Origin: an uncultured Thermoplasmata archaeon
GTDB lineage: Archaea > Thermoplasmatota > Thermoplasmata > Halarchaeoplasmatales > Halarchaeoplasmataceae
NCBI GenBank assembly: GCA_964399335.1
Contig: CAYNQI010000011.1
Location: forward strand, 1-28,713
Direction: 5' to 3'
Length of the DNA stretch: 28,713 nt
Shown here piece after piece: positions 24,668 through 28,713 of this stretch. Positions within the stretch are counted from its first letter, which is position 1, and each line of letters starts with the position of its first letter. Under the pieces are notes generated by a model. It saw only the letters and a list, made by a program, of their open reading frames with translations, was not told the DNA's origin and searched no databases. Made by a program: the position numbers and the translations under genes.

Positions 24668-27600
24668 CTATCCCCATATATCCTCCTCGTCCGGGGTTGA
24701 TTGTTCTTCGGTTATTTCACCTTCAAGTACTTCTTCATCGTTTTCGTTATTAGATTCTTCGTATGTTCCTTCTTCGTCAAGTACTTCTTCATCGTTTTCG
24801 TTATTAGATTCTTCGTATGTTCCTTCTTCGTCAAGTACTTCTTCATCGTTTTCGTTATTAGATTCTTCGTATGTTCCTTCTTCATCTTTTAGATCACTTT
24901 CAGTTTCTGATCTGTCTTCAGGTAAATCCTCCTTCTCATCTGAGGATTCCTCCTTGTGTTTAGAATCTATTTTATCTTGCTCAATTCCTACCTTGGAGTA
25001 TATTGTATACAGTACTGCTAACAGAGCGATTATGATCAGAATCAAGAAGAATAGATTCGTCATGTAGATCGGCGTTGGATATTCCTCGAATTCAACCGAT
25101 TCTTCACTGGTATCGGTTAGAACTATTTCCTGATCTTCTTGTAAATCCACATTTGTTAACAGATAAGTTGTTCTGAATGAAGCACTTATATGGTAATCAT
25201 CCCTAGCCGGAAGCCTGAAAACATATTCTCCATCAGTTGAATATCCAGTCCATACCTGCTCTTCCGTTGTGACCTTTAATTGTACGTCATCTAGATCTTC
25301 CCCGTTCTTATCCACTGTGCTGATTGTTAAATAGTATACGTCAGATTCTATATCAAGTGACCAGCTATTTTCTTCTGAAGTTACTTCATGTTGACTTTCA
25401 TGAACTGTAGTTCTCAACCATTTTACTTCGATATCCCAATTCTCAGCGGGTATTCTTATCTCAACTTCGCCCTGAGCATCCGTGTAACCCGAAAAGTATT
25501 GTTTAAGAGTATCTTCATATGTAACTCTAACCGGTGCAGAACTTAATGGAACATCTCTATCGTCCCTTACTGATAAATCAAGGTAATAGATGTCTGAATC
25601 TGCCGTTATGTTGGTGTCTTCGGTAAGTTGTTCTGTTTCTGTATGAACGACTACATTCTTCCAGTGGACCGTAAATGTTTGTTCACCTCTTGGTAATAGG
25701 AATTGAATATGCCCTTCGGTATCACTGATCCTGTCAGAGATTATGTTCCTATCTGATGGGAGTTCAGAATGTCTAACGATGACTTTAGAGTTTTCTACTG
25801 AGATATCTCTTTCATCTACAACATAAAAGTTAACATAATATACCTCCGCATCTATAGTTTCTGGGGCTTCCGAAAGTATGTCTTCATCAACCGTCATATC
25901 TTCGTCGTAAACAACGACACTTCGCCATTCAACTAAGATCGAGATCTCTCCAGCCTCACCAACAGGTGTAGGAACTCGGATGCTTATAGTACCGTTTTCA
26001 CCAGTCACACTCGAATCAAAATTCGTTCCTTCAGTGTCAAAACTGGCTCTTGCGTTGTTCAATGGATTTCCTCTAGAATCGACTATCTGGAAGGAAACGT
26101 GATAGATATCCTCTACATGTATCACCATCTCTTCGGAAGCGTCGAATACTACTGGGCTGTCATAAACCATTACACCGTTCCAGTGTAGAGTTACCTGATT
26201 TGTTGCTCCGGGTATCCTTGAGAATGATCTTCCGTCTTCTGAAGTTAATTCTGTGTGTAATAGTGTATCACCGTGTGAAACTCTAAGTCTGCCTCCACCA
26301 ACTGGGACATCAAAATCATCCTGGACCAGGAAGTCTATATGATAAACGTCCGTGATAGCAGTCATCGACATGTCCTGATTTAGATCTATTTCATCTTGAT
26401 AAACGTCTACGTTCTTCCAACTGATGGATATATCTAGCTCCACACCAGGCAATCTCATCTCTGGTACGGAACCGTCCGTTAAAGACGTGTCTTGTTCTAT
26501 CAAACTGTTTCCTATGTAGAACTCTACTCTCGCATTTTCAAGAGGTTCTCCTTGGTCGTCAACGATGTTCATATCCAAGTAGTAAACCTCGCATAGAATC
26601 TTGTAATCCTCACTAGAATCAATAACCATATCGTCATTATAGATCTCAGCACCTTTCCATCGGACTTCCATGTTCAACATAGTCCCAGGTAATCTCATAG
26701 AAACGTTTCCATCTTCTCCTGTTGTATCACTGGTAAGTGTTCCTGCTGTATGGTGAGATACAGTGATCCTTGCATCGGATATGATTTCATCCCTACTGTC
26801 TATGGTAAATAGTTCGACATGATAAACAGAGCATTCCAATTCTATACTTTGGTCAGTTCCAGTTATATCTACGTCCGTCACGTCGACTTCTATACCTCTC
26901 CAGGTAGCTCTTATCCTGTGAAGACCTCTCGGTAATCTCATCACAAGTCTACCTGTTTGGTCAGTATTACCAGTATTCGCGATGGTATCTGTTTCAAGGT
27001 TCCGGGCCACTAATCGTGTATTTTCTAGGTCATATCCGAGATCATCTACCGTTTGAAGTTCAACATAATATATCTCTAGTTCAACATCTAAAGACCTATT
27101 GCTTTCGAATTGTTCTGCATAGAGTTCTTTAACCTCCACACCTCTCCATTGGAAATTCAAGTCATAAGTGAAATCTCCTCCAGTTCCGGGCAGTCTGACT
27201 GTTAAATTTCCATTTATATCAGTCAATTTAGAGTCCGCTATCCTTCGTGTATCGTTGAACCTTATAGATACGTGGACCTCCGGAACAGGTACTTCTTCGG
27301 TATCCATCGTGTGGATGTTGAGATAGTATACGTCCGTATAGATCGTCAATTCTACACTTTCGTTCAAATAATGCTCTGTAGAATCAACTTCTCTACCAAG
27401 CCATTCAGTTCTCAAAGAATAATCTCCTACTGGGGATTGAGGTAAATGGACGTAACCATCAGTATCCGTTATCTCGCGGATCAATGTGCTATTAGGATGA
27501 CTGATAAAGATGTTTGCATTCGGTACCGGTTCTCCGGCTACATCGACGACCTTATAGGATGTATCATATACGGAACAATTCAAAGTGATAGCATCTTCAT

Positions 27601-28713
27601 AGGGCACATTATCGCTCACTTGGTACGTGGTCTCGTTTACCAATACATCTTCCCAGTAAACTCTGAAGATATATTCGCCTTCTGTGATACTGATATTCGT
27701 GACCCCTTCGTCATTTGTTACGTTACTAGTTACCAATTCCTCTTCTGAAGAGTAAGCTGCAACTTCTGCGTATTCTAGGACGATGTCCATCGAATCGACG
27801 GTTTGGAAGTGTATGAAAAATCTTTCCGCACCGATCCAGAAATCTTTTTCAAAGGATTCAAGATGTCCTCCGTAGGTTTCATCGCCTGGGTTATCAGGAT
27901 ATCTGTAGTTGTAACCGGTGTTATCTACTGTTGAGACAATGGCGGTGTATTCTCCTTCAGCCTGTCCACCGTAGTCCCATTCATAGGTAAAATTACTTCT
28001 GTAAGACGTATCGTTCCCTGTAACTCTTGTCATCGGCTCTCTATAGAATACGGTGCCATCAGGCCCCTCTACTGTCAAATTTACTCTGCTTATATCATAC
28101 CCACCGAAAGGATTCGTGATAGATGTGTTGAAGTGTATGGTAGTTTCATCTGCTCCAAGGCGGAAATCGTAGGATTCCTCGAATTCTGAGTTAAGGATCG
28201 TGAAAGTATCCACGTCGATGTAGTCTTCTGTTTCCACTTCTATTCTGCTTGGATACTCCGAGTCGCCGAAAGCGACCCTTTTTACGAAGTTATCACTACT
28301 CTCGATGACGAATTCTACTCTCAATGATGATTCAGGTGATATCGTATATTCATCGATATCCGTGGATACAGAATATTCGTTGAATATCGTTCTAGTGTTG
28401 TCATAGCTTACAAACCCTTGATCGATGAAATCCTCTGTACCATCTGGTTGTACTTCATAGAGGTTCATCGTAAGATCTAAAGTATTAGTGTGTCCGTCAG
28501 CTTCTGCAATGTCGATCCACATATTGATAGTGGAAGTTCCGTTAAGGGTAAATTCTCCGGCAAAAGGTGGATTTAGATACCAGTCATGAGTTATGGTAGA
28601 ACTGTACTCAAAATCTGTTATATGCTGATCTTCACCCATGGTAGTATTCATGGTCATTACATCAACATTCTCGTTGACCGTTCCAGTTTCATTATGCAGG
28701 TACATGGTTTTGG
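24668..28713 (-). CDS. Large acidic cell-surface protein with 11 carboxypeptidase-regulatory/Cna-B-like repeats, C-terminal TM anchor and acidic tail (probably 5'-truncated)
   Basis: Single ORF of at least 1345 aa. The frame stays open to the window edge (AAA ACC before ATG 28705) and no signal peptide is visible. Repeats of ~80-88 aa; TM 'NLFFLILIIIALLAVLYTIYS'. The fold assignment is inferred. Confidence 0.85.
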   Translation of the reverse strand, partial: KTMYLHNETGTVNENVDVMTMNTTMGEDQHITDFEYSSTITHDWYLNPPFAGEFTLNGTSTINMWIDIAEADGHTNTLDLTMNLYEVQPDGTEDFIDQGFVSYDNTRTIFNEYSVSTDIDEYTISPESSLRVEFVIESSDNFVKRVAFGDSEYPSRIEVETEDYIDVDTFTILNSEFEESYDFRLGADETTIHFNTSITNPFGGYDISRVNLTVEGPDGTVFYREPMTRVTGNDTSYRSNFTYEWDYGGQAEGEYTAIVSTVDNTGYNYRYPDNPGDETYGGHLESFEKDFWIGAERFFIHFQTVDSMDIVLEYAEVAAYSSEEELVTSNVTNDEGVTNISITEGEYIFRVYWEDVLVNETTYQVSDNVPYEDAITLNCSVYDTSYKVVDVAGEPVPNANIFISHPNSTLIREITDTDGYVHLPQSPVGDYSLRTEWLGREVDSTEHYLNESVELTIYTDVYYLNIHTMDTEEVPVPEVHVSIRFNDTRRIADSKLTDINGNLTVRLPGTGGDFTYDLNFQWRGVEVKELYAEQFESNRSLDVELEIYYVELQTVDDLGYDLENTRLVARNLETDTIANTGNTDQTGRLVMRLPRGLHRIRATWRGIEVDVTDVDITGTDQSIELECSVYHVELFTIDSRDEIISDARITVSHHTAGTLTSDTTGEDGNVSMRLPGTMLNMEVRWKGAEIYNDDMVIDSSEDYKILCEVYYLDMNIVDDQGEPLENARVEFYIGNSLIEQDTSLTDGSVPEMRLPGVELDISISWKNVDVYQDEIDLNQDMSMTAITDVYHIDFLVQDDFDVPVGGGRLRVSHGDTLLHTELTSEDGRSFSRIPGATNQVTLHWNGVMVYDSPVVFDASEEMVIHVEDIYHVSFQIVDSRGNPLNNARASFDTEGTNFDSSVTGENGTISIRVPTPVGEAGEISILVEWRSVVVYDEDMTVDEDILSEAPETIDAEVYYVNFYVVDERDISVENSKVIVRHSELPSDRNIISDRISDTEGHIQFLLPRGEQTFTVHWKNVVVHTETEQLTEDTNITADSDIYYLDLSVRDDRDVPLSSAPVRVTYEDTLKQYFSGYTDAQGEVEIRIPAENWDIEVKWLRTTVHESQHEVTSEENSWSLDIESDVYYLTISTVDKNGEDLDDVQLKVTTEEQVWTGYSTDGEYVFRLPARDDYHISASFRTTYLLTNVDLQEDQEIVLTDTSEESVEFEEYPTPIYMTNLFFLILIIIALLAVLYTIYSKVGIEQDKIDSKHKEESSDEKEDLPEDRSETESDLKDEEGTYEESNNENDEEVLDEEGTYEESNNENDEEVLDEEGTYEESNNENDEEVLEGEITEEQSTPDEEDIWG
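24723..24886. repeat. Tandem repeat, 54-bp unit x3, encoding (DEEGTYEESNNENDEEVL)3 on the - strand
   Basis: Units 24723-24776, 24777-24830 and 24831-24884 are identical except for G>A at 24884. Confidence 0.97.
25082..27823 (-). repeat. Eleven diverged protein-level repeats, consensus about (V/I)Y(Y/H)hxhxhhDxxgxph...TxxxG...RLP...hxhxW
   Basis: Units begin RFFIHF, VYDTSY, VYYLNI, IYYVEL, VYHVEL, VYYLDM, VYHIDF, IYHVSF, VYYVNF, IYYLDL, VYYLTI. No DNA-level identity is apparent by eye. Confidence 0.85.

Noticed and set aside
24723-24886. Possible CRISPR array
   Set aside because: The units are head-to-tail with no spacers, lie in frame within a CDS, and no cas genes are present.
24645-25067. 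140-aa Ser-rich + strand ORF with repeats (and the 63-aa ORF at 24701-24892)
   Set aside because: These are mirror readings of the Glu/Asp-rich tail and 54-bp repeat of the - strand gene.
1-28713. Mobile elements, integrases, defence or toxin-antitoxin systems
   Set aside because: I recognised no transposase, recombinase, nuclease, terminal inverted repeats or target duplications.

Overview
A compact, AT-rich archaeal chromosomal segment with 26 plausible protein-coding genes. I found no rRNA, tRNA, CRISPR array or mobile element. Archaeal markers are uL16/L10e, aIF2-beta fused to TRAM, pelota, a presenilin-like GxGD protease, AGGTG(A)/GGTGA Shine-Dalgarno sites and BRE-TATA promoters. The gene set and many acidic proteins suggest a halophilic Thermoplasmata-like organism; this is inference and no taxonomic search was run. 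The most notable region is a carboxylate/acyl-CoA cluster at 10.6-20.1 kb. Its rightward arm is an apparent four-gene operon: fused ADP-forming acyl-CoA synthetase (ACD alpha-beta), BioD-like/DRTGG protein, family-I CoA-transferase fused to a Pat-type GNAT, and a second orphan ACD beta subunit. Its leftward arm encodes an LctP-family permease, a flavodoxin and a phenylacetate-CoA-ligase-family enzyme. An AMP-forming Acs with an intact acetylatable lysine lies about 8 kb upstream. My main hypothesis is an 'acetate switch' with a built-in, CoA-ester-sensing lysine acetyltransferase whose architecture I do not know to be characterised. The right end encodes a 5'-truncated, membrane-anchored surface protein (>1345 aa) with 11 tandem ~80-aa repeats, polarised N-glycosylation sequons and a near-perfect 54-bp x3 tandem repeat in its acidic tail. 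All family calls come from motif recognition by eye.
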